Positions 63,788 through 64,000 of a stretch of DNA of 64,000 bases are shown piece after piece; the stretch's first letter is position 1, and every line of letters starts with the position of its first letter. The position numbers were made by a program, and so were the translations under genes. The stretch comes from Amphiscolops sp. MND2022 (Eukaryota). The notes under the pieces were generated by a model. That model ran no database searches, was not told the DNA's origin, and saw only the letters and a program-made list of their open reading frames with translations. The stretch covers positions 76,944,001 through 77,008,000 of the forward strand of contig OZ076409.1 of assembly GCA_964187785.1 (NCBI GenBank). Direction: 5' to 3'.

Positions 63788-64000
63788 ATGGCTCAACGAT
63801 TTCCTGAAGACTTCATCGGCGCAGCGCCCGAGGGCATAGATATCATCTGCCTGTCCAGCGACGAAGAGGAGGGAATGTGTGACCTAAGCATGACTTCGGT
63901 GCTAGACCTTCAACTGTCATCGGAGGACGAAGAAGAAATAGATGACGAAATCATGATGATGGCCCAGTGTGTCGAGATGGAATTATCATCACCCATCCCA
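63788..64000 (+). CDS. Accessory ORF-S of element B (5' part, runs off the window): acidic protein with tandem SIM-like motifs
   Basis: MAQRFPEDFIGAAPEGIDIICLSSDEEEGMCDLSMTSVLDLQLSSEDEEEIDDEIMMMAQCVEMELSSPIP; homologous to A 31407-31601. Not in the supplied ORF track. Confidence 0.75.
   Translation, partial: MAQRFPEDFIGAAPEGIDIICLSSDEEEGMCDLSMTSVLDLQLSSEDEEEIDDEIMMMAQCVEMELSSPIP

Larger units (their letters stand above)
50358..64000 (+). mobile_element. Element B: nearly intact large Ty3/Gypsy LTR retrotransposon with accessory cassette; 3' LTR beyond window
   Basis: LTR start TGTCGCAGGC.GCCGCCT.CGATGGCAAC as in A, same PBS, gag-pro-RT-RH-IN, and the same accessory genes as A. Confidence 0.95.

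Overview
AT-rich, repeat-dense eukaryotic (animal-like) genomic DNA with no confidently recognisable host gene. It holds three Ty3/Gypsy-type LTR retrotransposons. Element C (14489-21053, minus) is a decayed conventional element with short LTRs. Elements A (29394-43082, minus; both LTRs, 5-bp TSD, decayed) and B (50358 to beyond the window end, plus; nearly intact) are two diverged members of one unusual large family. Both have 1.5-1.6 kb LTRs that are coding at both edges. About 187 codons of Gag lie inside the LTR and read through the PBS, and an accessory ORF reads through the PPT and ends inside U3. Between pol and the 3' LTR both carry the same divergent two-gene cassette. One gene is antisense, has 5 exons with four intron positions conserved between A and B, and encodes a ~1190-aa BED-type zinc-finger protein resembling a catalytically dead hAT transposase. 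The other is a sense-strand acidic protein with tandem SUMO-interacting-like motifs. The rest of the window contains Helentron/DINE-like non-autonomous repeats, a CMC/EnSpm-like element, a Tc1/pogo-like MITE, a long palindrome and a decayed LINE RT fragment. All family assignments are by eye, and functional roles are inference.
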